From assembly GCF_001194135.2 (NCBI RefSeq), contig NC_069000.1, positions 33,131,556 through 33,173,326 of the forward strand: DNA of 41,771 nt, given 5' to 3'. A program made the position numbers and the translations under genes. This document shows, one piece after another, positions 1 to 13,010 of the stretch. Under the pieces are notes generated by a model. It had not been told where the DNA came from. It worked only from the letters and a program-made list of their open reading frames with translations, and searched no databases. The stretch is from Octopus bimaculoides. Taxonomy: Eukaryota. Each line of letters opens with the position of its first letter. Position 1 is the stretch's first letter.

Positions 1-31
<31 letters not shown>

Positions 32-75
32 GCAGGCAGGCAGACAGACAGACAGACAGATAGATAGATAGATAA

Positions 76-142
<67 letters not shown>
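1..142. repeat. Compound tetranucleotide microsatellite (CAGA)n-(TAGA)n
   Basis: Read directly from the sequence. Confidence 0.95.
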
Positions 143-179
143 GTTATTGATGCAGATATATCGATGTGTGTAAGTGCAT

Positions 180-372
180 CTACGTCTGTGCTTGTTACTA
201 ACACTGCTTGATAACCACTGTTAGTTTGGTTCCGTCCCCATTACCTAACGTTTCAGCAAAAAGAAACACATGGAATATGTTCTAGGCTCCCCAAAATTTT
301 TTACTGGATTCGATTAGTTCGACTAAAGACTTCAAGTCGGTGCCCTAGCAAGGACTAGAATGACTGAAACAT
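180..372 (+). mobile_element. SINE family A, degenerate 3' half
   Basis: gtcggtgccctagcaaggactagaatgactgaaac matches the family tail GGCGGTGCTCCAGCATGGCCGCAGTCAAATGACTGAAAC seen in better copies (12585, 23217). Confidence 0.6.
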
Positions 373-499
373 AGATACATAGATACATACATACATACAT
401 ACATACATACATACATACATACACAAACACACACGCATACACATACATAAACATACACATACATAAACACTTACACATAAACACACACACACATTCTTT

Positions 500-699
500 T
501 ATTCTCTTACATGTTTCACCCATTTGACTACAGCCGTGCTGTGGCACCGCCTTAAATGGTATTAGTCGAAGAAATCGACCCCGGGACTTATTCTTTGTTA
601 GGTTAATACTTACTCTATCGGGCTCTTTTTGTCGAGCAGCTAGGTTACGGGTACATGAACACACCAACATCGGTTGGCGGGACAAACACAGACACAACT

Positions 700-755
<56 letters not shown>

Positions 756-1102
756 NNNNNNNNNNNNNNNNNNNNNNNNNNNNNNNNNNNNNNNNNNNNN
801 NNNNNNNNNNNNNNNNNNNNNNNNNNNNNNNNNNNNNNNNNNNNNNNNNNNNNNNNNNNNNNNNNNNNNNNNNNNNNNNNNNNNNNNNNNNNNNNNNNNN
901 NNNNNNNNNNNNNNNATATATATATATATATATATATATACGATATGATGAGCTTCTTTCAGTCTCACAAATCCACTCATGAGGCTTTGGTCGGTCCGAG
1001 GCTATAGTAATAGACACTTGCCCAAGGTGTCACGCAGTGGAACTGAACTCGCAACCATATGATTGGAAAGCAAGCGCCTTAACACACAGCCACGCCTGCG
1101 CC
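500..1102 (-). mobile_element. SINE family A (tRNA-derived, CORE-type, OR2-like octopus SINE), full length with internal microsatellite and N-gap
   Basis: Head (rc of cacacagccacgcctgcgcc), body gacacttgcccaagg / aaatccactcatgaggctttggtcgg and tail gtttcacccatttgactacagccgtgctg are all collinear with other copies in the window. Confidence 0.88.
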
Positions 1103-2688
1103 CATATATATGCATTTATATTTACACAAGCTACCAGGGGGTTGATTGACAAATTGGAATCGTATTGATGATCAAGCCTTTTGAAATGAGACTCAGTAAC
1201 AATATTGATTTTGAAGTGAAATTCTTCTAATTTGAAATTGAAAACCTGTTATGGTTTCTCTTAATCCTGTGCTAAAACTCTAGCTGTAATATTCTTGCAA
1301 TTATACTAGGAGTTGTTATTCAGGGAGTTCAAGTATTTGACAAGTTCTTCTATTATTGTTATTTTTATTCTGTTTCTTTTTGTTTCTAAACAATAAATAC
1401 TTGGTAGGATTCTTTTAAAGGATAATAAGCTGGAAGAATGAAGAAGAAATAGATTGTGTTATTACCGAGATAATGAAGTAACGTTCAGGGGAAAACAGAA
1501 ATGAGATAGAATGAGATAGAAAAAAAGAGATTACGTTGGCTTATATCGGAGTCTTTTCTTTTACTCATTTGTGAAGTGAATCTATTTGACTCAAACACAT
1601 CTTAAGACAAACGATCTTCTAACCAACGATCTAAAAAGTATAAAGAATTCTATTCATTAAGCCTTGAAACCGAAGAAGAAAAACTAATTACACATTTTTA
1701 TGAGTGTATGTGTGTATGGGTCGAGTTTATAAATGGCCGTGAATATAACGGCACCCAACAATAAGCATTGGTTCGATTTCTGTCACCGACACAGCTTTAT
1801 CAATGTCGCTTGTTTCTCCAATGACTAAGCCGTCTGCCTAATTAGTTGATGGTGAAACATTTTAGTCCATTCTGTTGAAATTTTCAGTTTTGTGATAATT
1901 ATGATGGATCTCATTTACTATCACGGAGGACTTCTTTTGTTGGAAATACCGCAGCAAAAAGCTCCTATTTAAAAAAAAAAGCTCTGAAATTGTATAAATC
2001 TCGAGAGAGACCCACAATGGTGTATTGATCCACATCTGGGACGATATTGCTGATGCTTCAACAGCTATAGACTTCCTACACTGGGTCCAGTGAAAGTGAC
2101 TTGAATGACAGAAATAAAATTACTTATAAATGCATTTCAGTCCCTAATACGCTACCGTCTCTTATGTCACCTCTGCAGACTTCTACCCTTCAGAGTTAGC
2201 TGCCCTTGTACTACGTCCACTCAAACACGCGCGATTCATTCGCCTTTCCTTCCTTGCGCACTCAGGTTGTATCCAATACTTAGAAAGTTCTGTAAAGGCC
2301 TTTGGTATTGTTCGTTTCTCCAAACACAGCTAATAAAATGGTTACCATGAAGAGCTTTCCATTCATGACTTTCAATATCTATGACTACATTTTCTAATTC
2401 GTCTTTTATTTTTAAGATGTTGATGTTTTATTTGAGGAAAATTGGTTGCTGCCCCTTGCAGTTAGAGTGACAGCGTAGAGAGGCCCTTAATACCTTATCA
2501 TCGCCATTAGTAATGCAAATATGTGAATGTGCGCCTATTCTCTTACTCGTTTAGAGCGTTAAACTGTCTTGAACAACTGCCTTCCTGGACAGAGGGTTTT
2601 TCTGGATATTGACCATTACATTAAGCACCAATTTGCTTGGGGGTTATTATATCGAACTCTACCAAATAGTGGAGTCCCTGCTAATAGT

Positions 2689-2751
<63 letters not shown>

Positions 2752-2757
2752 TACACG

Positions 2758-2788
<31 letters not shown>

Positions 2789-3359
2789 GCTTTTTTCCGT
2801 CCATATTTTCGTTTGCTGCTTTCTTCCATTTTTTTATATATGAAATATAGCGGCGTACGTACACTTTGGTCTCATATGTAAATATATATCAATGTAAATT
2901 TTGTACGACAGTATTATTCTTTCTATTCTTTCATTCTTTCTTTCTTTCTATCAGCCCTTTCACACTTCGTTCATTCCACTCTTCATTCTTTCGTTCCCCC
3001 TCTTTCACATTTCCTGGCCTTCTCTTCATGCTCACTTTCCCTCCTCTTTCACTTCACTGTGTCTCATTTTTCTCGCCCTCCTTAATTCTTCTATCCCTCT
3101 GCCTCTACCTCTCTCTCTTCTCTCTCCACGTGACCGGTGTTCGGCCAGGCCTGACCTTTCCTTCTTGGTTCGACTACATCCGTGCAACATCTATATTTAT
3201 CCCCTTGCCTGTTAAATCTTATGTTCCTGCCATAAGACTTTACTTCCATACACACCAGCTTAATTTAATTCGTCCTTAGTCGAAAGACACCTGTTGTTAT
3301 GTCCTGTTTATTGCATTTGTATTTGTGTAAGATTTCTCTTTCTCTTTTTTTTCGTCCTT

Positions 3360-3614
3360 GTTGTCATATACATTCGCTGCTTTCTTCCAGGGAATGTAAT
3401 GCTCTTAGCTTAGTTTTTCCTTGGGGTTGACCAGATTGGAGCAATCTCGAGTATAACCAGCCGAAATTGCAAAGATAATCTGGAACTCGACTGAGGATAG
3501 AAAACTCCGAATGACCCGTCCTTATTTTCTTTGTATCGTCTGTCTGGATGTTTTGTTGTCCCTTTTTTTGTATCACCTAGCTGCCTGGAAGATTTACGTC
3601 ATTGTCCCATTTTT
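3360..3614. repeat. Unclassified interspersed repeat, possibly a Penelope-type terminus
   Basis: Complex non-coding segment running into an (AT)n-flanked gap. It resembles a recalled octopus repeat; there is no second copy in this window. Confidence 0.25.
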
Positions 3615-3728
3615 NNNNNNNNNNNNNNNNNNNNNNNNNNNNNNNNNNNNNNNNNNNNNNNNNNNNNNNNNNNNNNNNNNNNNNNNNNNNNNNNNNNNNN
3701 NNNNNNNNNNNNNNNNNNNNNNNNNNNN

Positions 3729-3763
<35 letters not shown>

Positions 3764-3811
3764 CATATATACGAATGTATATATGTATGTGTGCATATAT
3801 CATGTGTGTGT

Positions 3812-5460
3812 ATGCTTGATTAGTTTTTTAGTTTTAAAATCTTAAGAGAGTTCAAGCCGGTCGCTTACAAAGCGACGAAGCTTTGTGAGTTAAGTGGTTT
3901 CTGGTGTTAAGCTAGTTTGTGGGTTGAACTATCGATGGATACACCGAAATATATGCATCTATTCACCTAAAGAATCTCAAATGGAGAATCTTTGGCATGT
4001 CTTTCAAATCTTAACTGTTGATAGATTAGATCTGGAGAATCCGCGATATTTTCTTTTTCTCTTCCTTCGAAAAAACTAGAATTTTTAGGTTTTTGCATAA
4101 ATTTGTTGGGACATAGCTTAATGCACCTATAGGTACAAATAAGAATTTATAGTTAGGGTACAACAGCTGTAAGTTTCGCGTTAATTCAACATAAACGTTC
4201 TCTTTTTCCTGGACTTTTGATTGTACATTCACATCCACTGGACAGAAGACCTCTACAGTTTTTATTGGAGCGTTCTATTAGATTCCTACACGCTAGTTTT
4301 GATATGCCTTTGATGTATACGTCAGGGCAATCCTTCCTGCGAGAACATTGTAATTGGCCTTTGCAACTATATCATACCTCGTGAAGAGATAGTATCTCGT
4401 ATATATTTTGGGGCAGAGGCTAATGATGTGGGTGATATCTTCCACACTGATATAGCAGAGCCGACATTTCGTATCACAACGTAGATGTTTGGTGATATCT
4501 TTGTCACTCTTGTTTATCAGGTATTTAGTAGTTTAGTTATCTCCCGTTGCTAGATAGCGAAGCTAGATCCTTCTAAGTGAAATGTAAAGTAACTACCACA
4601 TGTCCAGGAGTTGCTACTCTTCGTCTCACACTCTTATTATCTACTTGTTTACGGGATATATACTCATGCATTGCTTTTTGCTGTTAGGATGCCTGCTTCT
4701 TCTCCAAGCTTCTGTTTAGGTAGACCAGCCCAGCCTCCTATGTGTTGTATGAAGCATTTCTACTCATAGAATACCTACACAGTAGTTCTTTTCCAAATCT
4801 GAAGATGTTACTCTCACTTTTGAGTATGCATGGAATGTACTCATTTCTTTCTGAACTGTTCAACAGGTGTTGTCTGAGTGATACAATGCGATATTCAAAG
4901 GTTGTTTGAACTTACCATATGCCTCTACCGCCACCACTTCGTCTCACATAAATTGTATTGGTGTTGTTGTTAATGTGGAAGTTGCCAGTGGTGCTCAGTA
5001 CTTTTCTGTTGATGCCAAGGCTGCATATCCCGTCGAGTGTCCAGTCCAATATCTCAAATATTGGTACTAGCACTGGTACTGCAAAAGCATTGTGTGATAT
5101 GATCTTGTTAAATGAAGATAGTATCGAATTCCATATTTTCCGGGATCTGCAGAAATGCCCTTTTGTTATTCTGATTTTAGTAACAACAGCAACATATGCA
5201 ACATTCTCATCACTTACGAGATATTTGTAGTTTTCATCATTAGAGATGGTGGGGACAGACAAAATATTGATGCACATGTTCTCTGTCTTTTCTCAGTTGA
5301 CTATCATGTATGAGTATTTATCTTGCTGATATTCCAATCCCATATCTCTAATTGTCTCTTGATGTTGGTCATATTACCAGAATATAACTTTAGGTCATCA
5401 ACAAAAAATGTGGCTGACATTAATTTTATTCTTTCTGCATATCGTAGCATGTATCCTTGG
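3812..5460 (-). mobile_element. 5'-truncated, decayed R4/Dong-like non-LTR retrotransposon (RT C-terminus, CCHC, restriction-like endonuclease)
   Basis: Minus-strand translations with frameshifts give: FFVDDLKLYSGN (RT catalytic motif, about 5380-5408); SFNKIISHNAFAVPVLVPIFEILDWT...IYVRRSGGGRGI; CRLCYISVEDITHIISLCPK (CCHC); and EVFCPVDVNVQSKVQEKENVYVEL...LYPNYKFLFVPI (RLE domain). An A-rich tail lies near 3820-3840. Confidence 0.88.

Positions 5461-5462
<2 letters not shown>

Positions 5463-5529
<67 letters not shown>
5463..5529. repeat. (TG)n microsatellite
   Basis: Read directly. Confidence 0.97.
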
Positions 5530-5531
<2 letters not shown>

Positions 5532-6254
5532 TTGTATGCGAGACGAGTTTTGCGCAATTTCCCGTCAACGTAATTTCTCTTTTCAACAAATTTTTGATAG
5601 ATGACCACTGCCCCATTGTGCCACGAAATATTACTAAAACTGTTCCGAAGGAATCTTTTTGAGAACACTGTTAACCTCTTTATCTGTTAAACACCATTTT
5701 AATTCGAGTTACATGGTATTTGAAATAATATCTATTTATTTATTTATTTGTTTATTTATAAAAGATTCTTGACTTAAAGAATTAGCAGAATCTTTTAGGA
5801 ATGTCATAACCAGTGGAATAACTCCTTAAGATTTTGACAAATTAAATCCAGTTCCAACATTCGAATCACCTTTTTTTTATATTTATAAATTTTTATATCT
5901 TTCATTTTCTTTGCTTAAATTAGTTCTACTAAGTTTACACATGTATAATTAGTTTATAATTAATGATTTTAATTACGGTAAGTTAAATTGAAAACACACG
6001 TTATAGTTTCATATTTTGCTATAATTATTCTTATTATCAATTCTTTCTTTAGAAGTTCTACTGCTTAGTAAGTTTGTCTCTTATTTTCTCTCTAAATATG
6101 GCAATTTTTCTCTTTTTTGTCTGTTTCCCTCGCTATTTTGCTCTCTCCCTCTCTCTTTCTCTCTTTCCTTCTTTCTCTCTCATTCGCCACGTATGATCAT
6201 CATTACTTTCATTAGGTAGGGTTGACTTTTTACAACCTTATATTGTTTTCACAT

Positions 6255-6445
6255 TTTGGTCAGCAGTTTCGGGGGAGCGAGTAAGTCGATTACATCAACC
6301 CCAGAGCTAAACTGGTACTTGTTTCATCTACCCCGAAAGGATGAAAAGCAAAGTCGACCTTCGCGGCATTTGTACTGAAAATGTGAAGTCGAAATGCCGC
6401 AAATCATTTAGTCTGGCCTGCTAACGATTCTACCCGCTCGCCACC
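6255..6445 (-). mobile_element. SINE family B (head GGYGGCGAGCTGGCAGAA)
   Basis: ccccgaaaggatgaaaagcaaagtcgacc and ctaacgattctacccgctcgccacc are collinear with the copy at 16912-17128. Confidence 0.8.
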
Positions 6446-6599
6446 CTTTTTTTAACCTTATATTATCTATGCTGCGAAGTGATCTTGAGCAATGCATATT
6501 GCATAGCACGTCATAGAATATGAACAGCTAACATGCCCATCGACTGGTGGAATCATTCAACTTTTAGACTTCGGGATCGATAAAATAGTTTCTCTCAAA

Positions 6600-7715
6600 T
6601 ACTGTAATAGATATCTTTGACTCTGTCCCTCGTCAATGTCGTTACCTTTTGTCTATCTTTGTTTGAAATTAGCATAAAATAAATGACGTATATAAAAACT
6701 AATGCCAGCTCAGTCGAGATCTCAGACACGAAAGTCCTCATGGCAGCACAGTGGTTTATAATAGAGCAGCTGTGGAAAGATAGAGAGGGCGGCCTGGAGA
6801 ATTTACTGACCTGATCCACCGAAACCCAAAATTTTAGGAACACCAAGCCAAACAACTCGAAAACAGCTGCGACCGGTGACAGTCCAATAACCACAGCAGC
6901 CACCATAGTTGTAACAACGACGAGAGTTACAACAACAGCCTTAAGAACAGTCGCAGTATTGATATCAATCATAACGAAGACGAAGCAACAATAAAAGCGT
7001 TTCCAACATAATGTGCGCGCCTTTAGAACTTTATGAGACAAGAAAGTGTTTGGTAGCTCCTCCAAAGGCCCGGAAAATAATTAACTTAGGTTTTCTATTT
7101 CTTCTCTACCTGGAATGGCTATACTGAGAAAAGACTATATAAATGTTCGTGACCTGAGATCGACGTGGAAGTAAGAACTCGCGTTCCATGATCTCAGGTC
7201 ACTCCGTGTGGATATTGTAGCTATAAGTGAGACCAGGATTTCCGAAACGCAAACACTTGCCTACTATCTCGACAGCTATGAAGTTTATGCCTCCTTCGGT
7301 CGTTTTGGATCAAATGACGTGCCGGCAGTGCTGTAGAAAGGCCTAAAAACAAAGGCGAATACAGTTTTTCCTACACGTAAAGGTGAGTACAGTCGGTAGG
7401 ACAGTGGGCTTAAACGTGAACAATAATAAAAGTTACGATGCAGGCTTCATACTAGTGGCCGTTTACATCCCGAAAGGAACCAGACGCCCAGATTTTTTCA
7501 GACGCCTAGAGGCTTTTCTCTAAAAATCGCGTTCATCATCGTTAGTGGACAGCAGGAATAGAATTTTGGAGGTAAGCATAGATTGCATAAAAGTAATAGA
7601 TTGGAGAATAGTGTGCAAAGGCCTTGTAAAATATTTAGATACTCTATCATCTTTCCCCTCGATTTCTCTAAAGCGCCAATGCGGACTCCACCCATCCAAC
7701 CGGTCTTTGAGTCTG
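6600..7715 (+). mobile_element. Decayed Tx1/L1-clade LINE fragment: probable ORF1 end plus ORF2 APE endonuclease N-terminus
   Basis: From the ATG at 7115: MAILRKDYINVRDLRSTWK*ELAFHDLRSLRVDIVAISETRIS, then FILVAVYIPKGTRRPDFFRRLEAFL. These match APE motifs (NVRGL, D-x-x-x-x-QET, LVAVYAP). The assignment of 6600-7080 as a low-complexity ORF1 tail is less certain. Confidence 0.8.
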
Positions 7716-8074
7716 TAAAAATTGTCATAAACTTGTCCTTTATTCTTTTTCTTTTTTTTTTTCTTTTTTACTAAAGTATGAAAAATATGAAAATAAAAAA
7801 GTAAAAACGGAAGTCTGTGGGCAACTGCAACTACTTCTTCACCCTCTCCTTGTCTGTCCTCTTCTTTTCCTCTTTCAGAATAAAAATTCGACTCTATCGC
7901 CCACCTGTGTCAATATTAATCAAGCAACCCAAAGGTATTTTACAGACTTCTCATGTTACAAAGACCAAATTCCTGGAATGTGAAACTAAAATAACTACAC
8001 AGACGACAACAACAATAACAACAGCAATAGGCAAACCATTTAAATTAAATTAAAACAACTACAGTTTGTGTTAC

Positions 8075-8930
8075 ACTAATTTGGTGGTGGCGACAGTGGC
8101 GGATGGTGGTGAAGGTGGCGTGGCGACGGTGACGGTGATGATGCCGGTAGCGGAGGTGGCGGCAGCGAATGCGGTGATAGTGATGGAGGTGCGAAAGTGA
8201 GAATGATGATATGAATTGTACTGGTGGCAAGGTTGTTAGTGGTAGGGGACGGTGAGATTAGTACCATAGTGATTGTTATTCTTGTTGTTGTGGTGGTGGT
8301 GGTGGGAGGAATGATCTGAGTTGTAGTAACAGCTGTTGTTTATCTCCCGTTTAACTCTCAGCGATCAAATCCATGATGAAAGGCATTCCATCAACGACCA
8401 TCCCATCTTATTTTTCAAGCATAGTGTTTCCCCAGAAGAGAAAAATAGAAAAATTAAAAACATCCAATAAGAACATTTTAAAAAATGCTAAGATGTAATT
8501 TGAGTGAGACTTGGCTACTGTCTTTAGCAGACCTGGTAACGCAACCATATAGCTGTTTCTTAGTGCGGTTGATCGCGATAGAGTGGTGGTGGTGGCGGGG
8601 TTGTTCTTATTGTTGGAAAAGGTGATGGTGGCGGTGACGATGGCCATGAGCGTGGCGGTGGTGTTCCTAGTGGTTGTTGTAATGGTGTTGTTAGTGGTGC
8701 TCGTGTTCGTGATGGAGGTGGTTTTGCTGATTGCAGAGATTTTGCTGGTGGCGTTGATGGTGGCGATGGTGTTGCTAGTGATGATGGCTACCAGCACCAC
8801 GGCGTTGTATTTATGATGTGATAGTGGTGGTGGCGATGTTGGAGAGGTCGAACGGGTACAGTGGTGTTAGTGGTCACCACGGTTATGATGACGGCGATTA
8901 TTGTGTTGATTGTATGTTGGGCTGTCAGTT
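8075..8930. repeat. Degenerate (GGT/GTT/GAT)n trinucleotide low-complexity tracts (8075-8330 and 8580-8930)
   Basis: Read directly. These tracts produce the spurious Thr-rich and Val-rich ORFs. Confidence 0.85.
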
Positions 8931-9871
8931 AAATTCATCCGTTTTATTTCCAATGTTATTTCAATTAATGCAAAAAATTATCGAAGTGTGTTATGGTAAT
9001 TTTTTTTTGTTTGTTTTTGGTTTATCTGTATTTTTAACTGTTTTTTTTTTGTGTGTGTGTGTGTGTGTGTGTNNNNNNNNNNNNNNNNNNNNNNNNNNNN
9101 NNNNNNNNNNNNNNNNNNNNNNNNNNNNNNNNNNNNNNNNNNNNNNNNNNNNNNNNNNNNNNNNNNNNNNNNNNNNNNNNNNNNNNNNNNNNNNNNNNNN
9201 NNNNNNNNNNNNNNNNNNNNNNNNNNNNNNNNNNNNNNNNNNNNNNNNNNNNNNNNNNNNNNNNNNNNNNNNNNNNNNNNNNNNNNNNNNNNNNNNNNNN
9301 NNNNNNNNNNNNNNNNNNNNNNNNNNNNNNNNNNNNNNNNNNNNNNNNNNNNNNNNNNNNNNNNNNNNNNNNNNNNNNNNNNNNNNNNNNNNNNNNNNNN
9401 NNNNNNNNNNNNNNNNNNNNNNNNNNNNNNNNNNNNNNNNNNNNNNNNNNNNNNNNNNNNNNNNNNNNNNNNNNNNNNNNNNNNNNNNNNNNNNNNNNNN
9501 NNNNNNNNNNNNNNNNNNNNNNNNNNNNNNNNNNNNNNNNNNNNNNNNNNNNNNNNNNNNNNNNNNNNNNNNNNNNNNNNNNNNNNNNNNNNNNNNNNNN
9601 NNNNNNNNNNNNNNNNNNNNNNNNNNNNNNNNNNNNNNNNNNNNNNNNNNNNNNNNNNNNNNNNNNNNNNNNNNNNNNNNNNNNNNNNNNNNNNNNNNNN
9701 NNNNNNNNNNNNNNNNNNNNNNNNNNNNNNNNNNNNNNNNNNNNNNNNNNNNNNNNNNNNNNNNNNNNNNNNNNNNNNNNNNNNNNNNNNNNNNNNNNNN
9801 NNNNNNNNNNNNNNNNNNNNNNNNNNNNNNNNNNNNNNNNNNNNNNNNNNNNNNNNNNNNNNNNNNNNNNN

Positions 9872-10012
9872 CAGTTTCCGTCTACCAAATCCACTCACAA
9901 GGCTTTGGTCAGCTCGATGCTATAGTAGAAGACACTTGCCCAAGGTGCCATGCAGTGGGACTGAACATGAAACTATGTGGTTGGTAAGCAAGATACTTAC
10001 CACAGTCACTCC
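9872..10012 (-). mobile_element. SINE family A, 5' half (remainder probably in gap 9073-9871)
   Basis: cagtttccgtctaccaaatccactcacaaggctttggtc...gacacttgcccaaggtgccatgcagtgggactgaac. Confidence 0.9.
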
Positions 10013-10049
10013 AAGAATAGGGATTATAGTAAATTGAAAAGAAAAGCCA

Positions 10050-10236
10050 CCGAACGGCACAAGGCCAACAATTTCGAGAGAGGAAGCTGATTACATCGCC
10101 CCCCCCCCACCACCACCACCACCAGTGTCCAACTGGTACTTATTTTATCGACCCCGTAAAGAAAAGCCTAACCCCAGCGGCATTTGAACTGCAAAGCATT
10201 TACCCCGCGCAGAAACGATTTTGTCAAGTCAACGCC
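10050..10236 (-). mobile_element. SINE family B, degenerate
   Basis: aactggtacttattttatcgaccccg...cggcatttgaact matches the other family B copies. Confidence 0.7.
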
Positions 10237-10329
10237 TTTAACAACTCAATATATTACACATATAACAAGCTTTGTATGAATGAAATCAAGTCTCGTTTCG
10301 CAGTCAACAGATTTACTTGTGGTTGTTGT

Positions 10330-10530
10330 AGTTTTTGTTATCGTTTATGTTGTTTTTATTTAGCTCCAACCCAATCCTGATCGTGCAGAGATAGGATCAA
10401 AATATGTCAGCTGTGACGACCCCGTCTTCCCTATGTTATGTAAGACTACAATATCTCATGTCCCCCCTGCTTCATTTGTGAAAATGTTATTTGAGGGCAA
10501 TTTTGGTTTATATTTCTTGCAGGTTATCAA
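10330..10530 (-). repeat. Fifth short interspersed repeat family; related pieces at about 8330-8410, 12440-12510 and 25940-26150 (opposite orientation)
   Basis: tttgagggcaattttggtttatatttcttgcagg resembles the rc of 25946-25978 (tttgaagggaatttggttgttatttctagcagg). An aaggyattccagccatgacyrtcc-like motif recurs at about 8380 and 12475. Confidence 0.5.
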
Positions 10531-11798
10531 ATTGATTCTAAGCGAGGAATCTGTGGTGTTGGTATTGGCCGGGTTGATAATGGTGTGTTTACGATCTGAT
10601 AAGTATTGGTGTGGTGTTGGCAGTTTTCGTACCGTGTATTTGAAGGTGGTCTAAGTTGTTGTTGTTGTTGCTGTTATTGTGGTGGTGGTGATAGTATAGT
10701 GGTTTCGTTGTTCATGTTGGTGTGGTGATAGTGATATAGCTCCTTTGATTGAATAGTGGTGATGGATGCTATATGTGGTTAGTTGATAGGGAGGATGTGA
10801 TGATGGTGGTGGTGGTGGTGGTGGTGGNNNNNNNNNNNNNNNNNNNNNNNNNNNNNNNNNNNNNNNNNNNNNNNNNNNNNNNNNNNNNNNNNNNNNNNNN
10901 NNNNNNNNNNNNNNNNNNNNNNNNNNNNNNNNNNNNNNNNNNNNNNNNNNNNNNNNNNNNNNNNNNNNNNNNNNNNNNNNNNNNNNNNNNNNNNNNNNNN
11001 NNNNNNNNNNNNNNNNNNNNNNNNNNNNNNNNNNNNNNNNNNNNNNNNNNNNNNNNNNNNNNNNNNNNNNNNNNNNNNNNNNNNNNNNNNNNNNNNNNNN
11101 NNNNNNNNNNNNNNNNNNNNNNNNNNNNNNNNNNNNNNNNNNNNNNNNNNNNNNNNNNNNNNNNNNNNNNNNNNNNNNNNNNNNNNNNNNNNNNNNNNNN
11201 NNNNNNNNNNNNNNNNNNNNNNNNNNNNNNNNNNNNNNNNNNNNNNNNNNNNNNNNNNNNNNNNNNNNNNNNNNNNNNNNNNNNNNNNNNNNNNNNNNNN
11301 NNNNNNNNNNNNNNNNNNNNNNNNNNNNNNNNNNNNNNNNNNNNNNNNNNNNNNNNNNNNNNNNNNNNNNNNNNNNNNNNNNNNNNNNNNNNNNNNNNNN
11401 NNNNNNNNNNNNNNNNNNNNNNNNNNNNNNNNNNNNNNNNNNNNNNNNNNNNNNNNNNNNNNNNNNNNNNNNNNNNNNNNNNNNNNNNNNNNNNNNNNNN
11501 NNNNNNNNNNNNNNNNNNNNNNNNNNNNNNNNNNNNNNNNNNNNNNNNNNNNNNNNNNNNNNNNNNNNNNNNNNNNNNNNNNNNNNNNNNNNNNNNNNNN
11601 NNNNNNNNNNNNNNNNNNNNNNNNNNNNNNNNNNNNNNNNNNNNNNNNNNNNNNNNNNNNNNNNNNNNNNNNNNNNNNNNNNNNNNNNNNNNNNNNNNNN
11701 NNNNNNNNNNNNNNNNNNNNNNNNNNNNNNNNNNNNNNNNNNNNNNNNNNNNNNNNNNNNNNNNNNNNNNNNNNNNNNNNNNNNNNNNNNNNNNNNNN

Positions 11799-11893
11799 TA
11801 TATATATACATACCACCACCACCACCACCACCACATATACATACATACATGCATCCATCCATACATACATATATGTATGCGTATAAGTGTATG

Positions 11894-11926
<33 letters not shown>

Positions 11927-12032
11927 ATTATGCATGTATATGGTAGATAGATAGATATATAGATAGATAGATATATAGATAGATGGATAGACAGACAGAC
12001 AGACAGGCAGACAGACAGACAGACAGACAGAC

Positions 12033-12081
<49 letters not shown>

Positions 12082-12085
12082 GAGA
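11799..12085. repeat. Compound microsatellite (TA)(CCA)(TACA)(TG)(GATA)(GACA)(GA)
   Basis: Read directly. Confidence 0.92.
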
Positions 12086-12584
12086 TAGATCTTTTCCTTT
12101 TCTACCATCATTCTTTTTGTCTGGGGGATTTTTTTCCTCGTTGTCCTTCATTCTATCACTCTTTCTCTCACATTTCTCTTTCACCCTAACATTCTCTTTG
12201 TCTCTCTTCCTTTCTCTTATTCTGTGTGTGCGTATGTGTATGTGCCTGTGTACGTTTCTGTGTTACCCTTTTCTTCTCGCCCATCCCAAGCTCATTTTCT
12301 CTCTGTATGTTTTCAATTACAAGTCATGTCCACCTATATACACAAATATTATTACATTTCAACACATCTAGTTGAAAATATATCATTGGCCTGAAGATTG
12401 GAATTGTGATACCGTAGTTTTTTGTTTTTTTTATCCCACGGTAGTCAGTACTGTCATAACAGACCGATGACGATAAGGTATTCCAGCCATGACTGTCCCT
12501 TCTTATTATTCCAAGTAAAGATTATCAAAGAATACATTCGCTAACGTATCTTTTCTTCTTTGAAATATAGAATATGTATTTATG

Positions 12585-12739
12585 TGGCTGTGTGGTAAGT
12601 AGCTAGCTTACCAACCACATGGTTCTGGCTTCATTCCCACTGCTTGCCCCTTAGGCAAGTGTCTTCTACTATAGCCGCGGGCTGACCAAAGCCTTGTGAG
12701 TGGATTTGGTAGACGGAAACTGAAAGAAGCCCGTCGTAA

Positions 12740-12814
<75 letters not shown>

Positions 12815-13003
12815 TGTGTCTGTGTTTGTCCCCCCAACACCGCTTGACAATCGATTGTTCTGTGTTTACGTCCCTGTAACTTAGTGGTTCGGCAAAGGAG
12901 ACCGATAGAATAAGTACTAGGCTTCCAAAAAGAATAAGTCCTAGGGTCGATTTGCTCGACTAAAGGCGGTGCTCCAGCATAGCCGCAGTCAAAAGAGTAA
13001 AAA
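12585..13003 (+). mobile_element. SINE family A, near full length
   Basis: A-box-like GTGGCTGTGTGGTAAG; decayed B-box region; CORE-like GGCAAGTGTCTTCTACTATAGCC; internal (TG)n; tail TAAAGGCGGTGCTCCAGCATAGCCGCAGTC. Confidence 0.92.
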
Positions 13004-13010
13004 GTATGTG

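Noticed and set aside
3490-3522. CTGAGGA...CGAATGACCCGTC, a hammerhead-like motif
   Set aside because: GAAA is broken and stems I and III cannot be paired in this copy.
6595-7065. 156-aa minus-strand ORF with a TM-like hydrophobic stretch
   Set aside because: It is the antisense shadow of the ACA/AAC-rich presumed ORF1 tail of the Tx1-like LINE.
8408-8816. Thr-rich (mucin-like) and Val-rich ORFs
   Set aside because: They are products of degenerate (GGT/GTT)n repeats on opposite strands, with no convincing splice signals.
10523-10561. Possible EGF-like micro-exon GYQIDSKRGICGV
   Set aside because: The acceptor is part of an interspersed repeat (it matches the rc of 25946-25978), and the body merges into GGT-rich low-complexity DNA.
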